The position numbers and the translations under genes are program-made. This document shows, piece by piece, positions 18,101 through 30,500 of a stretch of DNA of 64,000 nt. A model generated the notes under the pieces. That model ran no database searches. It was not told where the DNA came from and worked only from the letters and a program-made list of their open reading frames with translations. Positions within the stretch are counted from its first letter, which is position 1, and each line of letters opens with the position of its first letter. The DNA is from Callorhinchus milii. Its lineage: Eukaryota. The stretch covers positions 18,290,001-18,354,000 of the forward strand of contig NW_024704753.1 of assembly GCF_018977255.1 (NCBI RefSeq), read 5' to 3'.

Positions 18101-20523
18101 CCGTATCACCTCTTCGAGACGTCTCAAAGCGCTTCACAGGACACACTGCAAAGTGAGTTGACTATGCATTTTGTGGGCGAAACGCGGCAGCCGATTGCGC
18201 ACAGCAGCGTCGCAAAAAACGGCCGTGAATATACAGTTTCACTGTGCAAATGTCACACAGAAAGATTCCATGACACATTTCCAAAAGTGAAGGCAGCTTT
18301 TTTTTCCCAGTGTCAGAGTCAAAAGTCCCCTAATATGAAACTACTTCTTTGTTGTTTGTAGTACTTCACGCTACGCAAATTGGCTACCGTGCTCACCGAC
18401 AAATACACAGTCACCACACTTCACTGCAAAATTTTTTTGTATATTTTAGGAGGTTTGTGGCAATAAAATCTTTAAAAAATCCTTTAAAAATATAGTGCAT
18501 AGAAAATAATATCTAGTTGATTTGAATTTGACATCTACATTAAATCTCCTGGATTTACCTTCTGCTGAAGAAACAGTACTTATTAACAGTACTTATTGTG
18601 TTGCCTTCCATTGTTTTAAATAAAGAGCTTTCTACCTACATCAAAGAATGTTTCGCCCACAAAATATACAGTCAATTCACTTCACAGTATATTCTGTGAA
18701 GGCTTTGAGGCGCTATATCAAATGCACGATTATTATTATTATTATTATAATAATAGGAACTTAGCATCTGATGTAGATCAGGAACTCTTTGTATTCAAGG
18801 GGAATTGAGAAAATAAGCCCAGAACAATACTTTGGCGGTGATAGCAAAACAAGAGGAAAAGCATTAGACTTGTTCTTCCCCCTCCACCCCTCGAATGTGA
18901 TAAAGGAAGCGATACCATCAGGCAAGTTAAATGCGCACTTGGAAAACGCTGCTCCTTTGCGTTATACATAAAGGATTTATGCCATTATTCTGATGTTAAG
19001 GACATCTCAAAGTGCTTCACAGAATATACTGCAAAGTGAATTGACTGTGTATTTTGTGGGCAAAACGCGGCAGCCGATTGTGCACAGCGGCGTCCCCACA
19101 AACAGTCGTGGATTGAGTGATCAAATTTTTTTGAAGGGATTGTAAAATACGCACAATGCCAGAAAATGGGCATTTACAGCTTGACCAACCTACACAAAGT
19201 TCAGCGTGCAAAGTTGCTTTAGCTATCAATAATAATCCCTCCAAAACCAAAAACAATAATAAATTAGGTCATTTTCAATCTATGACTGTTTGTGGGACAT
19301 TGCTGTGCGCAATTGGCTGCCGCGTTCGCCCACAAATATACAGTCAATTCACTTTACAGTGTGTTCTGTGAAGCGCTTTGGGACGTCCTCCCGACGTGAA
19401 AAGCGCTATATCAAATGCAAGGATTATTATTATTATTATAATGAGCACTCACATGATAGAATAATATTGATCGCTCGGTAGAGTTTCATATCATTCAGGA
19501 GGTCTAGAAGCTGTTGGACAGTTCCTTGTCTCATGCCCCAAATCCACATCAGCTCTTTCGTTCTGCTACGTTCTCTTCTTCCGAAAGATTCAATGCTTCT
19601 CAGCTCTGTTTGATTTGTGATGATACAAGAGGCTGAAAGACGAGGCAAGATTCAAATACAGTAGTTAAACTCTGAGATCACTGAACTCACTGTTCACTGC
19701 GGAAACCTGGGGAAACCAGTAACCTATAATCATTATAATAACACTGTAATAATCTTTGCATTTGATACAGCGCCTTATCACGTCTGGGAGACATCTCAAA
19801 GCCCTTCACAGAATATACTGTAAAGTGAATTGACTGTATATTTTGTGGGCGAAACGCGGCAGCCAATTGCGCACAGCAGCGATTGAGTGATCAAATTATT
19901 ATTATTTATTTGTTTTGATGGGATTATTACCCTCCAGAAAAATGATCTGCCAATCGACTAACAATCAGGGCTCCTACTTGCTGCAAGGTAAACAGAGGCG
20001 CGTGGAGTAAGGGAACTTGCCCATTGTTTTGACCTGTGTCTGGGAATCGAGCCCAGATCCTCGTGGTTTGTGAGGCGAGTGCTTTAACCAGTACACTACA
20101 CGGACTCCACAAACAACCGTGAATATATACGTGTGACTCCTTACAAAGGCACGGTATAAACTCAGCATTAATCATTAATCTAACTCTCCAGAAGAAAGGT
20201 AAATATTGTCTCTTTAAAACGTATTCTCTCCTCCCCGGGCTAGGAAGGAAGAAGCAGATGGCGGGCTGGCTTTTAAAGTCTTATTTTAAAGCTGTTTTAA
20301 TGTAAAAGTAGTGAGCGGGGAACGTGAATGAGGTGGAAACTAAGTCAGCGTTTGAACACCGCCCAGAATCGACTGGTTCAGTCAAGAAATGAACGCAGTA
20401 AACAGCAGATATAAGTGACTCACCGAACCTCATCCACGCCACATCCACCAGAGTATCCATCACCCTGTAAAACTCTTCCATGATCCCGGCGGGAATGTCA
20501 TACACAAAGTTCTGCGAAGACAT
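9185..20523 (-). CDS. IRAK2: IRAK2 (interleukin-1 receptor-associated kinase 2, pseudokinase), about 788 aa, 13 coding exons: 20424-20523, 19453-19632, 16587-16727, 16184-16287, 15617-15772, 15179-15243, 14449-14563, 13722-13837, 12388-12586, 11984-12046, 11036-11218, ~9672-10473, 9185-9327
   Basis: Death domain (...[22 protein letters not shown]...[14 protein letters not shown]) carries the IRAK2-type WGMRQxTVQQL. Kinase motifs: [46 protein letters not shown]-terminus [26 protein letters not shown] resembles the IRAK2 tail. PxExxE/D TRAF6-type motifs are present. Phases are consistent throughout. Confidence 0.9.
11538..11657 (+). mobile_element. LINE2-like 3' end (family 1 tail: ...cagcgccttgggacgtcctcccgac...aaatgtaatttgttgttg)
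   Basis: The same tail recurs at about 21320-21425(-), 36035-36190(-), 37205-37405(-), 43640-43810(-), 45880-46097(+), 47232-47395(-) and 48525-48597(+). Confidence 0.7.
12709..13035 (+). mobile_element. Full-length tRNA-derived SINE (subfamily A)
   Basis: tRNA-like head with A box (tagctcaatgg) and B box (ggttcaattcc), core tgtttgtggga...gctgtgtgcaat, and tail ...atatcaaatacaaggattatt. Confidence 0.85.
13320..13680 (+). mobile_element. CR1/L2-clade LINE 3' fragment
   Basis: '...ttcagtgagagagtcgtaaacgtatgga...caagcgactgccaggatggtggaaggtgaaccagatggacc...ttcttatgttc'. Related copies lie at about 32362-32520(-) and 38110-38225(+). Confidence 0.7.
14700..15061 (-). mobile_element. Full-length tRNA-derived SINE (subfamily A)
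   Basis: Minus-strand head gtggagtcctgtaactcagtggttagagcactcgcctcgcaagcgagaggacccgggttcgattccc, then core and (TTA)n tail. Confidence 0.9.
17092..17430 (+). mobile_element. tRNA-derived SINE (subfamily A)
   Basis: Head with B box ggttcgatccc, core, and tail gagacgtctcaacgacctgataaggcgc...aaatgcaaggattattatt. Confidence 0.88.
17481..17806 (-). mobile_element. Full-length tRNA-derived SINE (subfamily B)
   Basis: Intact head, shortened body and tail gggatgtcctcccgacatgaaaagcgctatatc. Near-identical to 43048-43373. Confidence 0.9.
19228..19440 (+). mobile_element. 5'-truncated SINE (subfamily B)
   Basis: aataatccctccaaaaccaaaaac...tgggacgtcctcccgacgtgaaaagcgctatatcaaatgcaagga(tta)n. Confidence 0.88.
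19748..20110 (-). mobile_element. Full-length SINE (subfamily A)
   Basis: Head gtggagtccgtgtagtgtactggttaaagcactcgcc, then core and tail, on the minus strand. Confidence 0.85.
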
Positions 20524-21427
20524 TTCTGGTGTTTCCTTAAAAGAAAAAACAACGGAGTAATCTGTGGATTGCAAATAATCCGTTCGTTACTGCTCCTCTA
20601 GTTATCTGCGTAAACCAGTGAATGATCAAACTTCCTGAACTGAAACTATTTGTACTGAAGGGGAGGGGGGACTTTTTCAGAGTAGTGCGAGAGAAAATCT
20701 TTGTAAGAGGTCATACGTAGGACTTACAGAAGATGTGGTGGCGGAAACTGGTGCGTGTAATGTTTTAACCTTAGACCTCAAACCAATTTAATGTAAAAAT
20801 GTGTAGGGCTTGAGTTTCCGTCGGTTGTTATGCAATGAGAAGCATTGCGTGCCTGTTATGAATAAATCCCAACGTGACAATTACCGTACTCAATCATAGC
20901 TATAGCGGAAGACTCATCATCACCAACAATACAGACGAGATGTGCTCGTATACACGAGCTGGTGAATCATTGTCAGTTTTTGTCTGCCTGACACATAAAG
21001 TAATACGTAATACCTTACCGGTACTCCTCGAGTGTTTGTACAAAGCAGCTACAACAATAATTCTTGTTATCTGGTATACGGCCTATAAACAGCTCAAAAG
21101 TTTTGGCTCGGCGTTGCCATGAAACAGTCCTGAAGTGAACGAACAGTTTCATCGCCCACAAATTATAGTCAATTCACTTCGCAGTATATGTTCTGTGAAG
21201 CGCTTTGAGACATCTCGAAGATGGGATAAAGAGCTTTATCAAGTGCAAGGATTACTAGTGTTTGGAGGATTGTTGGCCAGGACACCTTTCTTTTTAAAAT
21301 AGAGTAATAATAGATTAACAAAATTACACTTGCACGACACCTTTCACGTCGGGAGGACGTCCCAAGGCGCTGGCACAGCGAGCTGGGGGTCGGGATTGGG
21401 GAGGGTGGAGTGCAGGGGAGGAGGGGA

Positions 21428-21775
21428 ATAATAATCCTTACTTTTGATATAGCGCCTCATCACTTTTTCTAGACGTCGCAAAGCGCTTCACAGAATATAC
21501 TGTAAAGTGAATTGGCTGTACACTGTTGGGGTGAAACGCGGCAGCCAATTGCGCGCAGCGGCGTCCCCACAAACAGCCGTGGATTGAGTGACCGATTTTT
21601 TTTATTACTCCCGGAAAAGCAATCCGCCGATCGACCAATAACCAAGTTCCTATTGGCTAGGTAAACAGAGGCATGTTTGGAGTAAGGAAACTTGCCAACA
21701 TTTCGCCCCGCTGTGAATCGAACCAGGTCTCTCGCTTGCGAGGCGAGTGCTCTAACCACTGAGCCACCGGATTCC
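21428..21775 (-). mobile_element. Full-length SINE (subfamily A)
   Basis: Head ggctcagtggttagagcactcgcctcgcaagcgagagacctggttcgatt, core and tail. Confidence 0.88.
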
Positions 21776-22229
21776 AGCCATGGAATATTTGTGCACCTTA
21801 ACATCTAGTTAGGACCTCAGTTTAACTTATCTGAAGGATGGCACCTCTGACCACAGTGCTCCCCCAGTATCGACTGTCCCGATGTCAGGTTTGAACCCAC
21901 AACTTTCTAAGAGGTAAGACTGCTAAGACCAGCTGAGCCAGGCTGAAGTCTGTGTCCACCTTGCCCTTGGGAAGCTTGCCAGACAGTGCTCATGACAAGC
22001 TATAGCTTCAGCGGATTAGATTCCAATGGACCCTCACAAACATTCTGGGTCACCAAACCCCACCAACCTACGCTTAAGATCTCACAGAATTAGACAGTTG
22101 TGTGCAGGCCATGGAAGAGTGCATTCCGTTCCACGCGCATCATTTTACATGCCTGAGTGGCACGCACACGTGGTATTTTCAGTCAGCTGGACACATGGCG
22201 ATACCCGGTACCGTGGTTATCCACATTTC

Positions 22230-22430
22230 CTGCCACCTCAATGTTTCCAATGTCCTCCTTTTCGGACTCTCCAGCTCCCACCATTAATTCAAAACTCCAC
22301 CTCCCGTGTCCTCACTCACGCAAACTCTGTACCCCCATCATCCCAGTCCTGGCCACAGAAGCCAATTCAGCTTCAAGGAGACCCTACTTACCTATCCCTC
22401 CCCCCACCCACCGGGAGATGGAACTCTGGT
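22230..22430 (+). mobile_element. Decayed LINE2 ORF2 C-terminal fragment
   Basis: Translation ...LQLPPLIQNSTSRVLT... resembles the L2 LQLIQNxAARVLT motif. A similar fragment at about 53640-53880 reads ITPVLA..LH.LPV..IDFKI. Confidence 0.55.
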
Positions 22431-22985
22431 CTGGATCATCTTAAGCACGGTGATGGGATTCCGCACGAGTCAACACCAAGCTGACCAAAAAAGCATTTGG
22501 TTGTCGCCTCTCCAAACTAACGGTAACTGTATAGCTACGATTTAAAAAAAAATGTTTTGAAGTGGTCTTCACACCATATCCAATGCAAGGATTATTAAAC
22601 CATGGGATTTAAGAATTAAAACTAAATGCAAATGGTAGGCACGACACATGAGCAGAGAATATGGTAATGCAGTAACAGTGGACCCCCTCCACTGTTTGTA
22701 GGAAATCCAACAACCCAGAAGAACAGACCAACAAATTGCCCGCTGCTAAAAAAAATACACACAGGTCAATCAGCATAACAGTCAGGGTATAAAGGGATAT
22801 GGGGCAAGGGCTGGTAACTGGAGTTGAGGTACAGATCAGTCGTGACCTTATAGAATCGCAGACAGACTCAAGGGACTGAGTGGCTGCCTCCTGTTCCTAC
22901 TGCAAGAAATTGTTAACGGATAAACCACTTGTGTAATATCACTTTATTATTAAACCCAGTTACAATGACGCAGTCAGCACTCAGT

Positions 22986-24832
<1,847 letters not shown>

Positions 24833-25390
24833 GTTGCCTAGGCAAAGAAAATAAATGAAGTGAGCAAAAAAAAATTGGGACTCAAAATACCCGGATCGGG
24901 CCCCCTGCGATGACGATGATGATAATAATAATCCCTGCACGTGATATAGCTCCTCAGTGAGACCGCTCAAAGAACATACTGTAAAGCGGATCAACTGTGT
25001 ATGTCTTCGCGGGCGAAACGAGGCAGCCCGAGCTCACACGGCCACGTCCCGCCAACGGTCATGGATAGAGCGACCCCATTTTTTTTCTTCTCTCTCTCTC
25101 TCGGGATTACCACCTCCGGGGGGGGTGGGGGGTCACTACACCCCCCCCCCCCCCCCCGCCAATCGACTTAACAACCGGGTTCCTACTTACTGCCTGGGAA
25201 ACAAGAGGGCGGGCGGGAGTTAAGGAAACTCGCCGAAGAATTCTCCCTGCCCGGGGAGGAGGGGGGATCGAACCCGGGTTAGAGCGAGCGAGAAGGCGCT
25301 CTAATCTCCCCCCCCCCCCCCACACACCGCCCGGAGCTCAACAAGTAAACCCACGCGCGCCATCCGCAGCGGCCAAAAAAAAAAATACCC

Positions 25391-25920
25391 NNNNNNNNNN
25401 NNNNNNNNNNNNNNNNNNNNNNNNNNNNNNNNNNNNNNNNNNNNNNNNNNNNNNNNNNNNNNNNNNNNNNNNNNNNNNNNNNNNNNNNNNNNNNNNNNNN
25501 NNNNNNNNNNNNNNNNNNNNNNNNNNNNNNNNNNNNNNNNNNNNNNNNNNNNNNNNNNNNNNNNNNNNNNNNNNNNNNNNNNNNNNNNNNNNNNNNNNNN
25601 NNNNNNNNNNNNNNNNNNNNNNNNNNNNNNNNNNNNNNNNNNNNNNNNNNNNNNNNNNNNNNNNNNNNNNNNNNNNNNNNNNNNNNNNNNNNNNNNNNNN
25701 NNNNNNNNNNNNNNNNNNNNNNNNNNNNNNNNNNNNNNNNNNNNNNNNNNNNNNNNNNNNNNNNNNNNNNNNNNNNNNNNNNNNNNNNNNNNNNNNNNNN
25801 NNNNNNNNNNNNNNNNNNNNNNNNNNNNNNNNNNNNNNNNNNNNNNNNNNNNNNNNNNNNNNNNNNNNNNNNNNNNNNNNNNNNNNNNNNNNNNNNNNNN
25901 NNNNNNNNNNNNNNNNNNNN
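25391..25920. other. Assembly gap (530 N) inside RPL32 intron 1
   Basis: Run of N flanked by GC-rich homopolymer-laden sequence. Confidence 1.
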
Positions 25921-26509
25921 GGTCAGTTCGGGGGCAATTAAATTAATATCAGGGGTTATTGGGGGGGGGAGAGGAGAGGGGGGGGAGGCGGCCGATCGGG
26001 AGTGGAGGTGCAGGTTCGTCCGCCCTGATCTTACAGAATGGCGGAACGGGCTGGGGGGAGGGGGGGGGCTGAATGGCCTCCTCCTGGTCCTACTGCTGCG
26101 GTGGCGGCGGCGGTGGTTACGATGGGCCCACGGGTTGTCACTGAGACGCCTGCACCGACCGACCTGGGAATGGGGGGGGGGGTTCGTCGACAACCACCAG
26201 CGAACCTCAGCCTAACCCCCCCCCCCCCCCCCCACCCCTTCCCCCCCCCCCACTCGACCAACCGCCCGCCCCCTCCCCTGGAAACCCGCCACACAACAAA
26301 ACGGGGAAGAGGGGGTCGGTCGAGGGAAAGGCCTCTGGAAATCACCGGCGTCCATTCGGTTTGTGGCCGGAGAGGCCTTGTGCACACACACACACACACA
26401 CACCCACGCGCCACGGGACCGGCGTTTAAAAAAAAAACACCCGAGAAAGAAAGAAAGAGAGAGGCGCCGCGTTACGGGTGACCGTGTCGGTGGCGGAGGG
26501 GGGGGTCCT

Positions 26510-26660
26510 GAGGGCCGGATGGCCGCCGATGGCGACGGATTGCACCGGTGCGGGGCCTCACCTGAGGAGAGCGGCGGCGCGTCCTCGGCGGCCGAGAGCG
26601 GACTGCGGGCGGGAAGAGGCCGCGCGGGGGCTGCCGGGAACTTATAACCTCCGCGTCCTG
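26510..26660 (-). promoter_or_regulatory. RPL32: RPL32 promoter and non-coding exon 1 (about 26562-26618) with TCT/5'TOP initiator, TATA-like element and intronic YY1 sites
   Basis: Minus strand shows CCTCTTCCC (TCT consensus) at about 26611-26619, TTATAAG about 25-30 nt upstream, donor CAG|gtgagg at 26561, and CGCCATC/GCGGCCATC at about 26517-26534. Confidence 0.8.
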
Positions 26661-27030
26661 GCAGAGAGGTAGTGACGCTCCGCACCGTTCCCTCCCCCCC
26701 AAAAAAATAGTACCACCAACCGCTTCGACCGGAGAGGCCGACCCCCGGGGCTCGCGGCGCTCGAGACGCTCGTTCGCGAGCGGATTTTTTTTTCCGCCCC
26801 TCTCGCTCGCTCGCTCCCAACCGCCGCTCCCGCACTCGTGATCTTCCAGGACCTTTGCTTGTGGGCGGGTCGTTTTTTTTGGGGGGGGCGGGTTTGGGCG
26901 GGTTCACGCCCAAATCGGGCGGGTTTTTGGGTTGGGGCTGGTGGTGGGGAGTGGGGGGGAAACAATACAACAATTTTTTAATTAAACCTGCAAGTTTTTG
27001 TTAACAAAATGCGCTTTCAACGTTAAACGT

Positions 27031-27200
27031 AATAATAATAATAATAATCCTTGCATTTGATATAGCGCTTTTCACGTCGGGAGGACGTCCCAAAGCGCTT
27101 CACAGAACACACTGTAAAGTGAATTGACTGTATATTTGTGGGCGAACGCGGCGGCCAATTGCGCACAGCAATGTCCCACAAACAGTCATAGATTGAAAAT
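27031..27200 (-). mobile_element. 5'-truncated SINE (subfamily B)
   Basis: Nearly identical to 19270-19440 and 43200-43373. Confidence 0.88.
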
Positions 27201-27504
27201 GATTTAACTTTGACCCCACCACCCCCCCCCAGGCAGAGGCAATAAGAAAATGTTGTATCTCATGTTGATATAGATCCCCACACGTAGAATATTACGCACA
27301 ATTTAATGAAAAAACACTTATGCATTTGTTTTAATGTCTACTACATTACAGTGTTGGTAAAGTATGACATCGCCCGTACAGAATACAGTACAGCAAAAAA
27401 CAGCAAGTTTCAAGCGCTCTGGGACGCTACTCCGCGTTAGGGGCGCTATGTAAATGCAAGTTGTTGTGGTTGTTGTTGTTCAAATGGATTCCCAGCAGAG
27501 CGAG

Positions 27505-30500
27505 CTACAAGATGTAGACTTTTCTCATATCTATATCGCCATAGCTGACGTATCCCTGGTTGCTAACTGGCCAAGTGATTTCGTTGCTGTAGCCAGGATT
27601 GCTTTGCGGTCCTTGGCGAGTGTTGCTGAACAGAACCTCCTCGTGCTTCAGCTTGACATCTGGGAGATACATACGCAATTTGTCCAGCTGGTGACCAGGC
27701 CAGAAGGCATCTCGATTGGCCTGGGCATACCAGGGTACGTTGCGATTAATCAGCCCTCTCTGCTTTCTAAAATAGAAAAAAAATGTTATGTTCTTTGATA
27801 TATTTCCTCTGTGTAACCAAATGTCCCATTCTGGAACTTATTTTAACACTCGCCCACTGGTTCAGTCAGTCACCATGCAAATAACTTTCTCCCACAAAGG
27901 TACAGCCAATTCACTTTACAGTATATTGCGTGAAGCGTTTTGAGACGACTCGAGGACATGACAAAGCGCTATATTAAATGTAAGGATTGTTATTATAACT
28001 TGCTTCCTGTGGCTAAATATAAGTGGGGATATTGTCGGTCCACGTGAACCATTAAAATAATTATCAGAAATTCCCGTCAATTTTTCTTGAAGAACCAACC
28101 TTCTGTTTTTCTCATATTCATCAAATGCCATGTTCTGTCCTGGTTGTTTGATGTTTCCCTTTCTAGTGAGTATTCCAGGCTGTTTAGTGGGGAAAGATTT
28201 CCGGGGAGGTCTAAAACATGAGTAAGAAATATAAGCGATTAGAAACGGAAAAATGAAAGGTGATCTATCGATTACTCCAATGGCATAGTAATGCCATTAA
28301 CCCCTCCAATAAAAAAGTAAAAAATAATAATTTTGGTCACTCAACCCACGGCTGTTTGTGGGGACGCTGCTGTGCGCAATTGGCTGCCGCGTTTCGCCCA
28401 CAAAATACACAGTCAATTCACTTTACAGTGTATTCCGCAAAACGCTTTGAGACGTCTATAATAATTATTGTAATAGTGGGCAAGGCACACAGAATGTTCC
28501 CAGGTTGAGGAAACTTGTGTAGACATGTGTCTCACTCACTAAAGTGGGAGTAGATCACCCGCACAGGCAGCATGGAAGGAAGAGGGAAAAATGAATGAAT
28601 GAATGAATGAATTAAACAAAAGCTCCCATTACTTTGGTTTTACTTTGCTTTCGATTTGTTTTGTTTCCGTATTTTGTTTTCCTTTTTTTGTTACTTGTTT
28701 TCCTATTTTCGTCACTTGTTTTCCTATTTTTGTTTGCTCTTCTTCTTTTTGCGTATCCGTGTCGTCTTGCTCAGAGAGTAAGGTTTTCTTCTGCTCCTCG
28801 GACACATCCTTATCGATCTCAATCTCAGTCTCCATTTCCGCTTGATCCAGCTGATCCATTAATGTACGTTCTCTGGAATAATTAAAACAATAAAGCCTTT
28901 TTCAGTACTTTCTTCCCTATTTCGTATTCATCAGCCAGAATGGTAGTACGATGGCAATGAGTTTTCTCCCACAAAATGTACCGTCAATTCACTTTACAGT
29001 GTATCCTGTGAAACACTTTGAGATGTCTCGAAGACGTGATAAGGCGCTGTATCAAACACAAGGAATATTTCAACGCTGAATCTAATAGCTCATCATCCTA
29101 TTGTATTATTTCCATGCACTTTGAGTAGGAAAGACAGTAGACTTTTTCCCCAAACCTCTTTGAAACAATCTGCTAAACCGTAACTCTTGAAATTTTCTCT
29201 ATGTGAAAGGAGACAGCTTTTCCTTTGCCCGCTTTCCGGCTGTAGTAATCCCTCCGAAAAAAANTAACAATCATTTGGTCACTCAATCCACAATTGTTTG
29301 TGGGACACTGCTGTGCGCAATTGGCTGCTGCCTTTCGCCCTCAAAATACACAGTCACTCCACTTTACCGCATGTTTTGTGAAGCACTTTAAGACGTCTCA
29401 ACGATGTGACAAGGCGCTATATCAAATCCAAGGCTTGTTATTATTTTTATTACTGACTGAGCTGCAATCAGCAACTCATCATCTGGGGTTAGTGTTGGCA
29501 GGAACCTACATTCTACCACAGCTGTTGCCTTTATACCACTGCACATTTCTTCCTTTTTTTATTTGTTTTAGCCAGTGTTTACCTAGCAGTGAACCAGTCA
29601 TTGATCTCCTTAATATTGAACAGATTTGTCCCAGGCTGTCTCAACCGGTATTTTTTTCCAACTCCTGGTAAAGTCTTGTCTCCCGGGTGAAGTACCGCTG
29701 CAAGAAAGAAAATCCAATCCAACAGATTTTTTTAAACACCATTGTGAAGGCCTTTTCATGGGACACTTGAACAAATAAATCCTCAGGACCTAACAGACAA
29801 TTATGAGACAGAACACATTCTTTTTTAGATATAACATTGTCACTTAGCTCTGATACAAAATATAATAGTCACAATAATACCTGCATTTGATATTGCGCCT
29901 TATCACATCTTTGAGACGTCTCAAAGCGCTTCACAGAATATATGTGGACATTAATAATAATCCCTCAAGAAAAAAAAACAATAATAATGTGGTCACTCAA
30001 TCCATGACTGTTTGTGGGGACACCTCTGTGCGCAATTGGCTGCCGGGTTTTGTCCACAAAATATACAGTCGATCCACTTCACAGTATATTCTGTGAAGCT
30101 CTTTGAGACGTCTTGAAGATGTGATAAGGCGCTGTATCAGATGCAAGGACTATTATTATTACTATTATTGCTTAAGTGGCCATTACTGATATGTGATTCT
30201 TCACAGTAAACACAACTGGGTTTTTCATTTCATTCGACAAGGCATCACAGCCATCCCAATCATGCGCTCACACAGCATTCAGCTCCAGCATGGTATGATG
30301 TCCATTTACTAAGATTAATAAATAGAATGAATGAGTGCAGCGAGTTTTACTGTTACCTCTTTCCAGCAAACCTTCGGTAAGGAGTATATTATACTCCTTA
30401 AGCACCTGCTGAAGTCTATAGTATTCCGTTAAGCATCGTTGCCGAAACTCATTCGTGGCTTCACCATCTGGTCCTTTCAGTGAGGACAGCAGGGAATGGC

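Noticed and set aside
21113-21125. X-box-like GTTGCCATGAAAC upstream of IRAK2
   Set aside because: It is a single imperfect match beside a SINE fragment with no supporting ciliary context.
25279-26973. 304-aa and 253-aa ORFs around the gap
   Set aside because: One spans Ns and the other lies in the stop-poor CpG island of the RPL32 promoter. Neither has a recognisable domain.
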